A DNA stretch of 64,000 nucleotides from Treponemataceae bacterium (GCA_045631425.1 JAZQUR010000105.1:13917-77916), one strand, 5' to 3'; positions 47,889 to 58,571 are shown, numbered from the stretch's first letter. Notes: generated by a model not told the origin, from the letters alone. Numbers and translations: made by a program.

Positions 47889-48620
47889 ATGGAAAACCTA
47901 AACAAATGCTACAAATGCTTCCGTCCCTTTGAAACTTGCTATTGCAAAGATATAGTTCCCATAAAAACTGATATTAAATTTGTATTTCTTATGCATCCAA
48001 AAGAAGCCTACAAACAGCGAACTGGAACTGGACGACTTGCTCACCTTACACTTATTGATTCTGAAATCATCGTTGGTGTTGATTTTACAGACAACCCTAG
48101 ATTAAACACCCTTATAACAGATGAAAAATATTTTCCAGTGGTAATGTATCCTTCAGAAGATGCCTGGACAGCTACAGATTATAGAGAAAATCCGCCCCAC
48201 ACACTAAAAGAAGCCAGTGAAGGGAAAACCTTGCTTGTTATCCTTGTGGACGCAACTTGGGCCTGTGCAAAAAAAATGGTAAAACTTAGCAAAAACCTTC
48301 ATACTTTGCAAAAAATCTCTTTTACAGCAGGATATAAAAGCATTTACACTTTTAAAACTGAGCCCCAAGAAGATTTTATCTCCACAATAGAAACTTGCTA
48401 TTATTTGCTAAAAGAATTAAGTGAAGGTCAGTTTTCCACAACTCTTACACAGCCTGATTTTGACCCAGAACCTCTTATGAACATCTTCAAAAAAATGATT
48501 CATACTCAACTGGAAAGTCAGCGTTTACGTGAAGAATCTGGAGAGCCAGACCGATATCAACTTGCAGGTTCTATTCGAGCAAAAAAACGAGCTTTGCGAG
48601 AGCAACAAGGTCAAAATTAA
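47889..48620 (+). CDS. DTW domain-containing protein (tRNA-uridine aminocarboxypropyltransferase family)
   Basis: CxxC...CYC N-terminal motif (CYKCFRPFETCYC) and a DATW motif (LVDATWACAKKM). Start set at MENLNK, after the terminator. Confidence 0.8.
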   Translation: MENLNKCYKCFRPFETCYCKDIVPIKTDIKFVFLMHPKEAYKQRTGTGRLAHLTLIDSEIIVGVDFTDNPRLNTLITDEKYFPVVMYPSEDAWTATDYRENPPHTLKEASEGKTLLVILVDATWACAKKMVKLSKNLHTLQKISFTAGYKSIYTFKTEPQEDFISTIETCYYLLKELSEGQFSTTLTQPDFDPEPLMNIFKKMIHTQLESQRLREESGEPDRYQLAGSIRAKKRALREQQGQN

Positions 48621-48699
48621 ACTACTAATTTAAACTACTTTTACAATGAAAATAAACGTGATACACTTTATTTATATAAAATCAAATTAGGAGGATAAA

Positions 48700-49731
48700 A
48701 TGAATATTATTAGTGTAGAAAATATTAGCAAACAGTTCAAAACTCCAAAGAAATTTCCGGGTTTTATTGGAGCAATTAAAAGTTTATTCACAAGAGAATA
48801 TACAATAAAAAACGCTGTTCAAAATATCAGTTTTGATATTGAAGAAGGCGAAATTGTTGGATATCTTGGAGCCAACGGAGCTGGAAAATCCACTACAATC
48901 AAAATGATGACAGGGATTTTAACACCAACTGAAGGCAAAATCACCATTAACGGAATTGTTCCCTACGAACAAAGAGAAAAAAATGCAAGAAGCATCGGTG
49001 TTGTTTTCGGTCAAAGAACTCAGCTTTGGTGGGATATTCCATTGAATGAAACCTACACTCTTTTGAAAAATATGTATGATATTTCAGATGAAGATTATGA
49101 AGAACGCTATAAATTTCTTGATGACGTTCTAGGTCTTTCAGAATTTATTATGCAACCAGTTAGAACCTTATCTTTAGGCCAGCGAATGAAAGCTGATATT
49201 GCGGCTGCACTTCTACATAATCCTAAGGTAATTTTCTTAGATGAACCAACAATCGGTCTTGATGTTGTTGTAAAGGAAAGAGTTCGTAAAGCAATTCTTG
49301 AAATCAATAAAAAATATAAAACCACAATCATTTTAACAACCCACGACTTACATGATATTGAAGAATTATGTAATCGTATTATCGTTATTGATAAGGGCCA
49401 AAAATGTTACGATGGAAATATTCAAGAATTAAAGAACGAATATGGCTATTTGAGCAAAATCAATCTTCGAATTGAAGAATTTGAAACAGTTTCTGTGGAG
49501 GATGTACAATCAGTTTTCCAAGGAATGAATCATTCTGACGAATTTAATGTGGAAAAAACAGAAGAAGCCTTTGTTATCACTTTTAATAAAAAATTCTGCA
49601 CTGTTTCTGAAATTATGGAACGTTTATTTAAGAAATTTTCAGTGGCAGATTTTGTTGTCGAAGAAACTGATATCGAAGAAATTGTTAAAAAGATTTATTT
49701 AAAAGCTGAGGCAAGAGGAATTGAAAACTAA
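48700..49731 (+). CDS. ABC transporter ATP-binding protein (ABC-2 type system)
   Basis: GANGAGKST, LSLGQRM and IFLDEPTIGLD motifs, with a C-terminal extension. Confidence 0.9.
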   Translation: MNIISVENISKQFKTPKKFPGFIGAIKSLFTREYTIKNAVQNISFDIEEGEIVGYLGANGAGKSTTIKMMTGILTPTEGKITINGIVPYEQREKNARSIGVVFGQRTQLWWDIPLNETYTLLKNMYDISDEDYEERYKFLDDVLGLSEFIMQPVRTLSLGQRMKADIAAALLHNPKVIFLDEPTIGLDVVVKERVRKAILEINKKYKTTIILTTHDLHDIEELCNRIIVIDKGQKCYDGNIQELKNEYGYLSKINLRIEEFETVSVEDVQSVFQGMNHSDEFNVEKTEEAFVITFNKKFCTVSEIMERLFKKFSVADFVVEETDIEEIVKKIYLKAEARGIEN

Positions 49732-50569
49732 TAAAAAGCATTTAATATCAAATCCAAAATATAGAATTAGTTCATATTTGCCCTTTACAAGAAATGCGAT
49801 TCAAACATTGTTGTCTTATCGGTCAAATATTCTGTTTTATTTTATTGGAAATATTTTAAAAATCTTTGTATTCTTTTTTCTTTGGAAGGCGATTTTTGCT
49901 TCCAGTGGAGAAGAAATACTAAGAGGTTTTTCATTTCCAGACATGGTAATTTATTTGATTTTAACAAATTTCATCTATGAATTAAGTGGAAATGTTGGAA
50001 GTGAAATGCACGAAGAAATTTCTTCTGGGCAAATTTCAATGTCTTTGATAAAACCTATTTCCTTTAGATTTAGGATTTATTTTACTTCCCTTGGAGACAC
50101 AATTTACAGTTTTATGATGTCTGGTGTACCAAGTTTAGTTGCAACTTATATCATTGCATACATTTATGGCATTTCAAGTCAATTAACCATTGGAAATCTG
50201 ATCTTATTTTTGTTATCTCTTATTCTTTCGTTGATTGTAAGAATGTCCTACACTTTTATTGTAAGCTTGCTAGGTTTTGTAACTACAAATATGTTTGGTG
50301 TATGGCAAGTAAATAATGCAATTGTAAGATTGTGTTCGGGAGCAATTATTCCTCTAACTTTCTTTCCTGGAGTTATAAGAAAGATTTTTGAATTTTTGCC
50401 TTTTTCATCTTTCATTTCTACACCACTAAATATCTTTTTAGGGAAGTTTTCTAATATTGAGCTACTAAAGGCCTTTGGCTTACAAATTTTTTGGATTTTG
50501 CTCTTTAATCTTTTTGGAAACTTTGTTTGGAAAAAGGTAATCAAACATCTTATTATTCAAGGAGGTTGA
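49721..50569 (+). CDS. ABC-2 family transporter permease
   Basis: Polytopic membrane protein; its TTG start overlaps the ATPase gene. Confidence 0.7.
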   Translation: MKTNKKHLISNPKYRISSYLPFTRNAIQTLLSYRSNILFYFIGNILKIFVFFFLWKAIFASSGEEILRGFSFPDMVIYLILTNFIYELSGNVGSEMHEEISSGQISMSLIKPISFRFRIYFTSLGDTIYSFMMSGVPSLVATYIIAYIYGISSQLTIGNLILFLLSLILSLIVRMSYTFIVSLLGFVTTNMFGVWQVNNAIVRLCSGAIIPLTFFPGVIRKIFEFLPFSSFISTPLNIFLGKFSNIELLKAFGLQIFWILLFNLFGNFVWKKVIKHLIIQGG

Positions 50570-50570
50570 T

Positions 50571-51368
50571 GTGAAATTTAAGCGATACGTTAAATTATAT
50601 TTTGGATATTTGGCTCAAAATCTAAAAAGTTTAATGGAATTTAGACTAGACTTTTTTATTGGTCTAGTTGGATTTTTCTTTTTACAGGCTTGTGGCGTTA
50701 TTTTTATTTCTTTAGTGTTTTCATCAATTCCAAACCTTAAGGGCTGGAGTTTTTATGAAGTTTTGTTTATCTACGGATTTGCACAAATTCCACGGGGTTT
50801 AGATCACGTTTTTACAGATAATCTTTGGCTTTATGCAGGATGGAAAATTGCAAAGGGAGAAATGGATAGACTTTTAACTCGTCCACTAAATCCACTTTTT
50901 CAGTTAATTGCAGAAAGATTTCAGCCAGACGGAATTGGAGAATTTCTAATTGGTTTGATTTTAACAATTCTAGCAGCAACAAAACTTGGAATTGAATTTA
51001 CAGTTGGAAAAGTTTTAGTTTTTATCGTTTCAGTAATTTGTGGTGCAATTATAATCACCGCAATTAAATTGTTTTATACTTCATTTGCATTTTGGGTAAA
51101 GCGTTCTCAAAGTTATTTGTATACAGCTTATAACTTTAATGAATTTTGTTATTATCCAATTTCAATTTATAACAAAACAATTCAGTTTATTTTAACTTTT
51201 ATTATCCCATTTGCTGTAACTTCATATTTCCCTGCTTCATATTTGCTAGGGAAGGGAAGTTTTGAATTGGGATTTTTCTTTCCAATTATCGTTTCTGTTA
51301 TTGGATTAAGTGTTTCTTATTTCTTTTGGAAAATAGGGCTAAAACACTACGAAAGTGCTGGAAGCTGA
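50571..51368 (+). CDS. ABC-2 family transporter permease (second subunit)
   Basis: Polytopic membrane protein; its GTG start is 1 nt after the preceding stop. Confidence 0.7.
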   Translation: MKFKRYVKLYFGYLAQNLKSLMEFRLDFFIGLVGFFFLQACGVIFISLVFSSIPNLKGWSFYEVLFIYGFAQIPRGLDHVFTDNLWLYAGWKIAKGEMDRLLTRPLNPLFQLIAERFQPDGIGEFLIGLILTILAATKLGIEFTVGKVLVFIVSVICGAIIITAIKLFYTSFAFWVKRSQSYLYTAYNFNEFCYYPISIYNKTIQFILTFIIPFAVTSYFPASYLLGKGSFELGFFFPIIVSVIGLSVSYFFWKIGLKHYESAGS

Positions 51369-51377
51369 TAAACAAAA

Positions 51378-51425
51378 AAGGCGAGTTTAAAACTATAAAA
51401 AGTTTCAAACTCGCCTTTCTTTTTA
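51378..51425. terminator. Bidirectional terminator
   Basis: 11-bp stem AAGGCGAGTTT / AAACTCGCCTT, flanked by an A-run and a T-run. Confidence 0.75.
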
Positions 51426-51435
51426 GCAAAGCAGA

Positions 51436-51834
51436 TTATTTGTTAGTAAAATATCCTACTAAACCTAAAATCCATCCACCTAAAATCATATAGAATCCAT
51501 ATGTTGCAATATCAACAAAGAATTTTCCAATTCCTTTAGCGAACATATTATCACTATATGAAATTATTAATAAAACACCACCAGCAATAGATATAACTAA
51601 GCCTAAAAGTTTTAGCAATCCACCTTTTTTAACAAAGCAAGAAACTAAACCTAAAACAGCACCTACAATAATTAATAAAGCAGCAATACTTGTTGTTCCA
51701 AAATTATCAAAATTGATAAAGTCAAAACCATTTAATGTTCCAATAAAAAGATCGAATACTGGACAACAGAATCCAATTACAACTAAAGCCATTCCAATTA
51801 GATAAATTAGTGGCAAACTCTTTTTTTTAGCCAT
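51436..51834 (-). CDS. Small 4-TM membrane protein of unknown function
   Basis: 132 aa, Gly/Ile/Leu-rich hydrophobic segments, plausible RBS (GGAGG). Confidence 0.55.
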   Translation of the reverse strand: MAKKKSLPLIYLIGMALVVIGFCCPVFDLFIGTLNGFDFINFDNFGTTSIAALLIIVGAVLGLVSCFVKKGGLLKLLGLVISIAGGVLLIISYSDNMFAKGIGKFFVDIATYGFYMILGGWILGLVGYFTNK

Positions 51835-51903
51835 ATTATTTCCTCCAAATAAGCTAATTTAAGATTATTGTAGCACAGTTTTCTCAAATCACAATGAAAA
51901 TAT

Positions 51904-51936
51904 TACAAAAAAACCCTAAGTCTTTTCGACTTAGGG
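51904..51936 (-). terminator. Rho-independent terminator after the acyl-CoA ligase gene
   Basis: Stem CCCTAAGTC / GACTTAGGG followed on the minus strand by a T8 run. Confidence 0.75.
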
Positions 51937-51957
51937 CAAGCAACAAACAAAAGTAAT

Positions 51958-53880
51958 TTATTCTTCGTAAATACTTTTTATTTCCTTAGCATAAATATCA
52001 GCGATTTTGTATCGCATGATTTCTTGTTTTGCAGAAAGTTCAACACCAATTTCAAATGGTTTTTCCAAAATAGCAAATCCACAAATTCTTTCAAAAGGCT
52101 TAAATCCTGTTTTACCATTTACTTGTGCTGCAATTTCTGAATCAATTAGCTTTTTGATTTCAGGATGTTTTAACAATTCTGCATAAGTTCCGTTGTTTGG
52201 AATGTAATTTTCACGTGCATATACTTTGATTTCTTCTTCAGCTAGAAGAACCAATGCACCAAGACTTCTTTCATCTTGTCCAACAACAACAGCATTTGAA
52301 ATATATCTTGATTCAGTAATTTTCATTTCGATTGGAAGAGGTTCAACATTCTCTCCACCACGCAAAACGATTGTGTCTTTCATACGTCCACGAAGAACAA
52401 TTTCCCCATCAACTGTGAACATACCAATATCACCTGTATCGAACCAACCATCTTTATCAATAACTTTTGCTGTTAGTTCTGGCTTGTTGTAATAACCTTG
52501 CATTACAGTTCCACCACGAACAAGAACTTTACCTTTTTGTCCTACAGGAAGGATTTCTCCATTTTCCCCAACAATCTTTGCTTCAAGACCACGTAAAGGT
52601 TTTCCAACTGTTCCCATTATAGGTTTTGCAAAAGGTCTTACTGATACAACTGGAGAAGTTTCAGTTAAACCATAACCTTCAACAACATTTACACCAACAG
52701 CCCAGAAAAATTCGTCGATAGCTGGAGGAAGAGCACCACCACCAGAAACACCACCTACAAATCTATTTCCAAGTTTTGATCTAATCTTGCTAAATACAAG
52801 TTTTCCACCAAGTGCTTTTAGTGGAGTTAAAATCAACCATGGAATAAAACAAACAATCCATGTTAATAAAATACTATCTTTCTTGAAACGAGCTTCTCTT
52901 CTAAACATCTTGCGACCAAGTTTGCTTTGAATAAGAGCCACATTTGTAAAAAATCTAAATAAACTGTAAACAATACCACCTGTTTTGCGCATTGTACGCA
53001 TTACACCGTCGTAAACAGCTTCAAAAACACGTGGAACTGCTGGCATCAACTGTGGATTTAATGCTTGCATATCAGCCAAAAGAATACTTCCGATTGGCTT
53101 TGAGTAACATAATGCACCACCTTGGCAAAGGCTTACATATTCACAAGCTCTTTGGAAAGCGTGCCATACAGGAAGAACACAAATAACTTTGTCACCTGGC
53201 TTTACTGTAATTCTATCAGATGCATCATCCAACTGTGCGATAAAGTTTGAATGTGTTAGCATTACACCTTTTGGCTCACCAGTTGTTCCTGAAGTAAAAA
53301 TGATACAAGCTAATTCGTTTCCTTCACCTTTAGAAATTTCATTTTCCATAAAGTCAGGATTTGCTTTGTTGTACTCACTTCCTTTTGCCATAATTTCTTC
53401 AAACGTGTAGTGTTCAATATTTTGTTCTCTTAATTGAGCTAAAACATCTTCTTTGATTTCATCAAAACAAATAAATCTTTCGAGAAGTGGTAAATCTGCT
53501 TTTAATCCCAAAATCTTTTTAATTTGATTTGAGTTTTCTGCAATTACAGTTCTACATTCTGCAAATGAAAGAATGTATCTTAAATCATGCTCAGTTGCAT
53601 CACACCCACGAGGAACGTCAATGGCACCAATTGCCATAAGCCCCATATCTGCTTGGAACCATTCTTTTCTATTGTCAGAAATCAAACCGATGTGATCTCC
53701 TCGTTTGATTCCCAAAACTGTTAAACCAGCTCCAAAATCTTTGACTTTTTCAAATAATTCTTTGTATAAAATCTCTTGGAATTTACCTTTTTTATCTTTT
53801 GAATACTGTGCTGGAATATTTGGATATTCATTAGCAATTTTACGTAAAAGTTTTGGTAAAGTTGTTTCTTTAATTTCCAT
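51958..53880 (-). CDS. Long-chain fatty acid--CoA ligase (AMP-binding enzyme family)
   Basis: IIFTSGTTGEPKGV, GYGLTE, GWFDTGD motifs. Start set at the ATG (MEIKE), 7 nt after GGAG. Confidence 0.85.
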   Translation of the reverse strand: MEIKETTLPKLLRKIANEYPNIPAQYSKDKKGKFQEILYKELFEKVKDFGAGLTVLGIKRGDHIGLISDNRKEWFQADMGLMAIGAIDVPRGCDATEHDLRYILSFAECRTVIAENSNQIKKILGLKADLPLLERFICFDEIKEDVLAQLREQNIEHYTFEEIMAKGSEYNKANPDFMENEISKGEGNELACIIFTSGTTGEPKGVMLTHSNFIAQLDDASDRITVKPGDKVICVLPVWHAFQRACEYVSLCQGGALCYSKPIGSILLADMQALNPQLMPAVPRVFEAVYDGVMRTMRKTGGIVYSLFRFFTNVALIQSKLGRKMFRREARFKKDSILLTWIVCFIPWLILTPLKALGGKLVFSKIRSKLGNRFVGGVSGGGALPPAIDEFFWAVGVNVVEGYGLTETSPVVSVRPFAKPIMGTVGKPLRGLEAKIVGENGEILPVGQKGKVLVRGGTVMQGYYNKPELTAKVIDKDGWFDTGDIGMFTVDGEIVLRGRMKDTIVLRGGENVEPLPIEMKITESRYISNAVVVGQDERSLGALVLLAEEEIKVYARENYIPNNGTYAELLKHPEIKKLIDSEIAAQVNGKTGFKPFERICGFAILEKPFEIGVELSAKQEIMRYKIADIYAKEIKSIYEE

Positions 53881-54006
53881 AGGGATCTCCACTAAAAAAT
53901 TTTACTTTAGTCGTTGCCATTCTCGCTCTGACTTATCGACAATAGGTGAAAATATGTCAATATAACGTAATAAAGTATACTAAATTCTAAAAATAACTAC
54001 AAGATG

Positions 54007-55473
54007 TTATTCCAAAATATAAGTTTTTCCGTAAGCTATAACTTCTACATCATTGTATCCATTTTCGTTTAGCACACGAGTAAGATTTTTTTGTGCAGCT
54101 TTTTCACCATGAACCAAGAAAATCTTCTTTAATCGGCTTGTATCTATTTCTTTTAGCCATTCAAGTGTTTCGTTATAGTCTGCGTGAGCAGAAAAAGCGT
54201 TAATTTGCTCGATTGTAGCATTTACTTTTTTCCATTCACCCATAACCTTAACTTCTTCTTCACGATTTTGCAGTCTACGACCCAGTGTATTTTCAGCCAT
54301 AAATCCAACTAACAAAATTGTTGTGTTTGGATCTTCGATGTTATTATACAAGTGGTGAACAATACGACCAGCTTCACACATTCCGTCAGCACTTATAATA
54401 ATCATTGGGCCTTCTTCTTCATTTAAGTGTTTTGATTCTTCCACACTTTGCACAAATCGGAGACTGTTAAAACCAAATGGATTTTTATGATGGGTTAAAA
54501 ATGCTTGATGGGTTTCTTCGTCATAACATTCTGGATGAACTTGGAAAATACTTGTGGCATTGGTTGCCATTGGAGAATCCACGTAAATTGGGATTTCTGG
54601 GATTTTTCGTTGTTCAAACAATAAGTGAAAGTAATAAACCAATTCTTGAGTACGTTCGATAGCGAAAGCCGGAATAATAATCTTTCCACCAGTATCTCTA
54701 GCTCGGCGTACAACTTTTGCAAGGATTTCCATTGCTTCATCAGTATTTTCATGCAACCGATTACCATAAGTACTTTCTAGAACAATATAATCAGGAGCAC
54801 CAACATTTGTTTCTGGATTTCTGATAATAGGCTTGTTCTTTCGCCCTAAATCCCCTGTATACAAAATGCGAATTTCATCATCAGGATTTTCTGATTTTAC
54901 ACGACCAAAGAAATTTGCCAATTTTGACTTTTTCTTCTGACCAGTAATTGTAACCATTCCCATTGCAGAACCAAGAATATGTCCCGCGTCAAAAAATTCT
55001 AGAGAAACATCTGGAGAAATGTACATTTTTCGATTGTATGAAAGTGATACTATTTGATTTGTGATATTAACAACATCTGCCTCGGTAAATAAAGGCTTCC
55101 AAGTAAATTTTTCGCCTTTTTTTATCGCTTGTTTTTGACGAAAGGCTGCGTCATGGGCTTGGATATTTGCACTATCCATCATTATAAGATTTGCTAAATC
55201 TCTTGAAGCGGGAGTTGCGTAAATATTCCCCTTAAAACCTTTTTTTCCAAGCATAGGTAAAAGCCCACAGTGGTCATAATGAGCGTGGGTCAAAATCACA
55301 GTTTCAAGTTTGTCCGCCGCAATATCAAAATCTCTGTTTTTTTGGTCAGATTCGTTCCATTTTCCTTGAAAAGCACCACAGTCAATAAGAATTGGACGAC
55401 CATCAATTTCTAAAACATGTTTTGAGCCAGTTACTTCTTCAGCGGCTCCTAAAGAATAAATTATTACACTCAT
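54007..55473 (-). CDS. MBL-fold metallo-hydrolase with beta-CASP/RNA-specificity domain (RNase J/CPSF-like)
   Basis: THAHYDHCG motif. Later D/H motifs (FFDAGHILGS, ESTYGN, AHAD) fit the beta-CASP layout. Confidence 0.8.
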   Translation of the reverse strand: MSVIIYSLGAAEEVTGSKHVLEIDGRPILIDCGAFQGKWNESDQKNRDFDIAADKLETVILTHAHYDHCGLLPMLGKKGFKGNIYATPASRDLANLIMMDSANIQAHDAAFRQKQAIKKGEKFTWKPLFTEADVVNITNQIVSLSYNRKMYISPDVSLEFFDAGHILGSAMGMVTITGQKKKSKLANFFGRVKSENPDDEIRILYTGDLGRKNKPIIRNPETNVGAPDYIVLESTYGNRLHENTDEAMEILAKVVRRARDTGGKIIIPAFAIERTQELVYYFHLLFEQRKIPEIPIYVDSPMATNATSIFQVHPECYDEETHQAFLTHHKNPFGFNSLRFVQSVEESKHLNEEEGPMIIISADGMCEAGRIVHHLYNNIEDPNTTILLVGFMAENTLGRRLQNREEEVKVMGEWKKVNATIEQINAFSAHADYNETLEWLKEIDTSRLKKIFLVHGEKAAQKNLTRVLNENGYNDVEVIAYGKTYILE

Positions 55474-55552
55474 ATCTACATATTAAAACTAAAAAAAGAA
55501 ATGAGCAAATTTATTTTATAATTCAGTGATATATAATGTACAAATTTTCTAG

Positions 55553-56368
55553 CTAATTTTTGATTTTTTCAATTACAAGACAAATCAAGAAAACTATCAA
55601 GTTTGCCACAACGATACTTGCTCCTGCAGGAGTTGACAATCCAAAAGATGCCACAATTCCAATAAAAAAGCAAAATACAGAAATAATTGCTGAGCAAATT
55701 ACAACCTTAATAAAACTTTTGAAAACTCGCATGGCACTTAGGGCTGGAAAAACAATCAAACTTGATATCATCATGGCTCCCATTAAACGCATTCCGATTA
55801 CGATTGTTAGGGCTGTTAAAACTGCAATTAATCCGTTGTAGGCTTCTACTTTTATTCCGCTGGCTTTTGCAAAAGCTTCGTCAAAAGTCACCAAAAAAAT
55901 CCGATTATAAAGCACAACAAATAGAGAAATAACGATAAGAGCCAAAATCACACTGATAATAACATCTGTCTTTGAGATAGAAAGCACACTTCCAAACATA
56001 TAAGATGTTACATCAGTATTTAAGCCAGAAGTAAGTGATGTTACGATAATTCCAATGGCAAGGGAGCTACTACTGATTAACGCGATTGAGGCATCACCTT
56101 TTATCCCGCTAAAAGAACTTACACGTAAAAGCAAAAATGCCGCTACAATACAAACTGGAATAGAAACTGCAAGTGGCGCCCAGTTAAACGCCAGCGCAAT
56201 AGCCATTGTTCCAAAGCCAACGTGAGAAAGCCCGTCCCCAATCATGGAATAGCGTTTTAAAACAAGACTTACTCCCAAAAGAGACGAACACAAAGCAATC
56301 AAACTTCCCGCAATTAGCGCCCGAATAATAAATCCATAAGAAAATAAATCACTAAAAAATTCTAACAT
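55553..56368 (-). CDS. znuB: Metal (Zn/Mn) ABC transporter permease
   Basis: ABC-3 family pattern with ~8 TM segments. Operon context with the ATPase, the SBP and a Fur-family regulator. Confidence 0.8.
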   Translation of the reverse strand: MLEFFSDLFSYGFIIRALIAGSLIALCSSLLGVSLVLKRYSMIGDGLSHVGFGTMAIALAFNWAPLAVSIPVCIVAAFLLLRVSSFSGIKGDASIALISSSSLAIGIIVTSLTSGLNTDVTSYMFGSVLSISKTDVIISVILALIVISLFVVLYNRIFLVTFDEAFAKASGIKVEAYNGLIAVLTALTIVIGMRLMGAMMISSLIVFPALSAMRVFKSFIKVVICSAIISVFCFFIGIVASFGLSTPAGASIVVANLIVFLICLVIEKIKN

Positions 56369-56383
56369 TTTTACTCCAAAAAA

Positions 56384-57115
56384 CTAAACATGACTTGCGT
56401 GACAACCAGTTCCACAGTGATGACATAAATGAGTTTCGCAAACTTCCACATTTGTCATTGTTTTATATAACTCAGATTTTTCATAATCCCCTGCAGTTCC
56501 AAAAAACAAAGGTTTTCTATCCATGTGTAAAATGTGGGTTGCGTTTTGCACAGCCCGATTTACATCATGGGAAACCATAATCACAGCGATTTTTTCTTTT
56601 TGATTTAATTCCCGAATTGTAGAATATAATTCGTCAGTTACAACTGGATCTAAACCAGTTACAGGCTCGTCCAAAACAAGCAAATCTTTCCCAGCGCACA
56701 AAGCTCTAGCAAGTAAAACTCTCTGTTGCTGTCCCCCAGATAAATCCCGATAAGACTTTTTCGCAATTCCCGAGAGCCCAAGCTTTTCTATTTGCATGTC
56801 CGCCATCTTTTTATCTTCTTTGCTGTAAAAAAGGTTTTTCTTTATACAGCCTGATAAAACAACTTCCCAAACAGAAGCAGGAAAATCCCGTTGAATAGAG
56901 CTTTGCTGAGGTAAATATCCAATTTTCCACTGTGATTTTGAGATTTTTCCCTTATTTAAAGGCAATAATCCCAAAGTTGCTTTAACAATAGTTGTTTTTC
57001 CAGAGCCATTTGCCCCAACAATGCACAAATAATCCCCAGAATTTATGGAAAAGTTCACATTTTCACAAGCAACATAATTTCCGTATGTTACAGACGCATT
57101 TTCGCATTTTATCAT
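56384..57115 (-). CDS. znuC: Metal ABC transporter ATP-binding protein with a C-terminal Cys/His-rich tail
   Basis: GANGSGKTT, LSGGQQQR and LVLDEP motifs. The tail is CETHLCHHCGTGCHASHV. Confidence 0.85.
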   Translation of the reverse strand: MIKCENASVTYGNYVACENVNFSINSGDYLCIVGANGSGKTTIVKATLGLLPLNKGKISKSQWKIGYLPQQSSIQRDFPASVWEVVLSGCIKKNLFYSKEDKKMADMQIEKLGLSGIAKKSYRDLSGGQQQRVLLARALCAGKDLLVLDEPVTGLDPVVTDELYSTIRELNQKEKIAVIMVSHDVNRAVQNATHILHMDRKPLFFGTAGDYEKSELYKTMTNVEVCETHLCHHCGTGCHASHV

Positions 57116-57128
57116 TTTTACTTTCCTT

Positions 57129-58118
57129 TTATCGCATTCCCTTTTCTAAAGTTAAAGCATTTTTTTTCATCAAAGAAACCCAAGTTTCCCCATTATCAAA
57201 ATCTTCTTTTGAAATATTTTGCACAGAATGCAATTCAAGTCCATCCACATTTGCTGATTCCGCCACAGTATCAGCAATTTTATGATTGCTTAATTCAATG
57301 TAAAAAACAGCTGGCAAATCTTTTTCTTTCACAGTATTGATAAGAGTTACAATGGTTTGTGTACTAGCTTCCACCGCCGAACTACAACCAGAAAAAGCCG
57401 CTAAATATTCGATTCCATAATATTTTGCAAAATACTGAAGAGGAAATCTATCTGCCATCACAATAAAGTTTTCAGATTTTGCTTCCAAAACTGATTTTAT
57501 CAGATTTTCCACATCATCAATTTGCTTTTTGTAATTTTCCCCATTTTCCACAATTTTGGCTTTATCATCGCTAGAAAGTTTTTCCACATTTTCCAAAGCC
57601 GAAACAACAAAGTCCAGCATTTTTCTAGCATTTTCTGGGCTTGTCCAAACGTGCTCGTCCGCTTCAATTTCTTCCCGACTATGACCGTGATGATGACCTT
57701 CCTCTTCGTGAGAATGTCCATCCTCTAAAAAATGGTCTTCCTCAAGCAAAATCACACTATCCACCAATTTAACAGATTTTGGACGATTTTCCATAGATTC
57801 CAAAAGTTCAAAAACCCATTCATCACTTTCGCCGCCATTATAAACAAACAAATCTGATTTTTGGATACCAATCAAATCTTGAGGCGTTGGGTCGTAAGAG
57901 TGGATTTCTGCCCCCGGTTTTATCAGCATTTTAATATTGATATTATCAAGGTCTTTTGTTGCAGCTCGGACAAAATCGTAGCAAGGAAAAGTTGTCACCA
58001 CGATGTTGATTTTATCATTCTCGGCGGCAGTGCTTGAGGATTTTGAACAAGATGCAAAACTGGATAAAATCCCAAATATCAATATACAAAATAAAAATCG
58101 ATAAAAAGTATTTTTCAT
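57129..58118 (-). CDS. znuA: Metal ABC transporter substrate-binding lipoprotein (ZnuA/TroA family) with a His-rich loop
   Basis: Lipobox SFASC. His/Glu loop DGHSHEEEGHHHGHSREE. DEHVW motif. Confidence 0.85.
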   Translation of the reverse strand: MKNTFYRFLFCILIFGILSSFASCSKSSSTAAENDKINIVVTTFPCYDFVRAATKDLDNINIKMLIKPGAEIHSYDPTPQDLIGIQKSDLFVYNGGESDEWVFELLESMENRPKSVKLVDSVILLEEDHFLEDGHSHEEEGHHHGHSREEIEADEHVWTSPENARKMLDFVVSALENVEKLSSDDKAKIVENGENYKKQIDDVENLIKSVLEAKSENFIVMADRFPLQYFAKYYGIEYLAAFSGCSSAVEASTQTIVTLINTVKEKDLPAVFYIELSNHKIADTVAESANVDGLELHSVQNISKEDFDNGETWVSLMKKNALTLEKGMR

Positions 58119-58139
58119 TTATAAATCATTTTCCTTATT

Positions 58140-58547
58140 TTAATTCTCAGTTTCTTTTGACGCACACAAATTGCATCTTCCATAAAATATAGTTTTTTCT
58201 CTGTCCATGGCAAATCCGTGTTCTTTTCCAATATGGTTTTCCAAGTTTTCCACAAGACCACATTCTAGATGTATCACTTTTCCACAATCAAAACACTTTA
58301 AGTGATAATGTTGTCCACAATGTCCTGAGTTATATTGCCAACAAGCCTGTCGACCGCCAACATCAATAAATTTTTTGATTTTTCCTTCTTTTTCCAAGGA
58401 TTCAAGATTTCTGTAAATCGTAGCAATTCCGATTTTTGTATTATTCTGTGCTAAAAATCCCAAAACATCAGAAGCCCCAAGTTGAGAATCCTTGTTAGTT
58501 TCAAAGCATTTAATTATTAAATTTTTTTGCTCAGTGTTATATCCCAT
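58140..58547 (-). CDS. zur: Fur family transcriptional repressor (Zur-like by context)
   Basis: Winged-helix N-terminus, HHLKCFDCG...C..C structural Zn motifs. First gene of the znu operon. Start set at MGYNTEQ. Confidence 0.8.
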   Translation of the reverse strand: MGYNTEQKNLIIKCFETNKDSQLGASDVLGFLAQNNTKIGIATIYRNLESLEKEGKIKKFIDVGGRQACWQYNSGHCGQHYHLKCFDCGKVIHLECGLVENLENHIGKEHGFAMDREKTIFYGRCNLCASKETEN

Positions 58548-58552
58548 AATAT

Positions 58553-58571
58553 GAAAATGATAATCATTCTC
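58553..58571. promoter_or_regulatory. Fur/Zur box
   Basis: GAAAATGATAATCATTCTC matches the classical 19-bp Fur box GATAATGATAATCATTATC at 17/19. It lies in the divergent zur / MATE intergenic region, 6 nt from the zur start. Confidence 0.75.
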
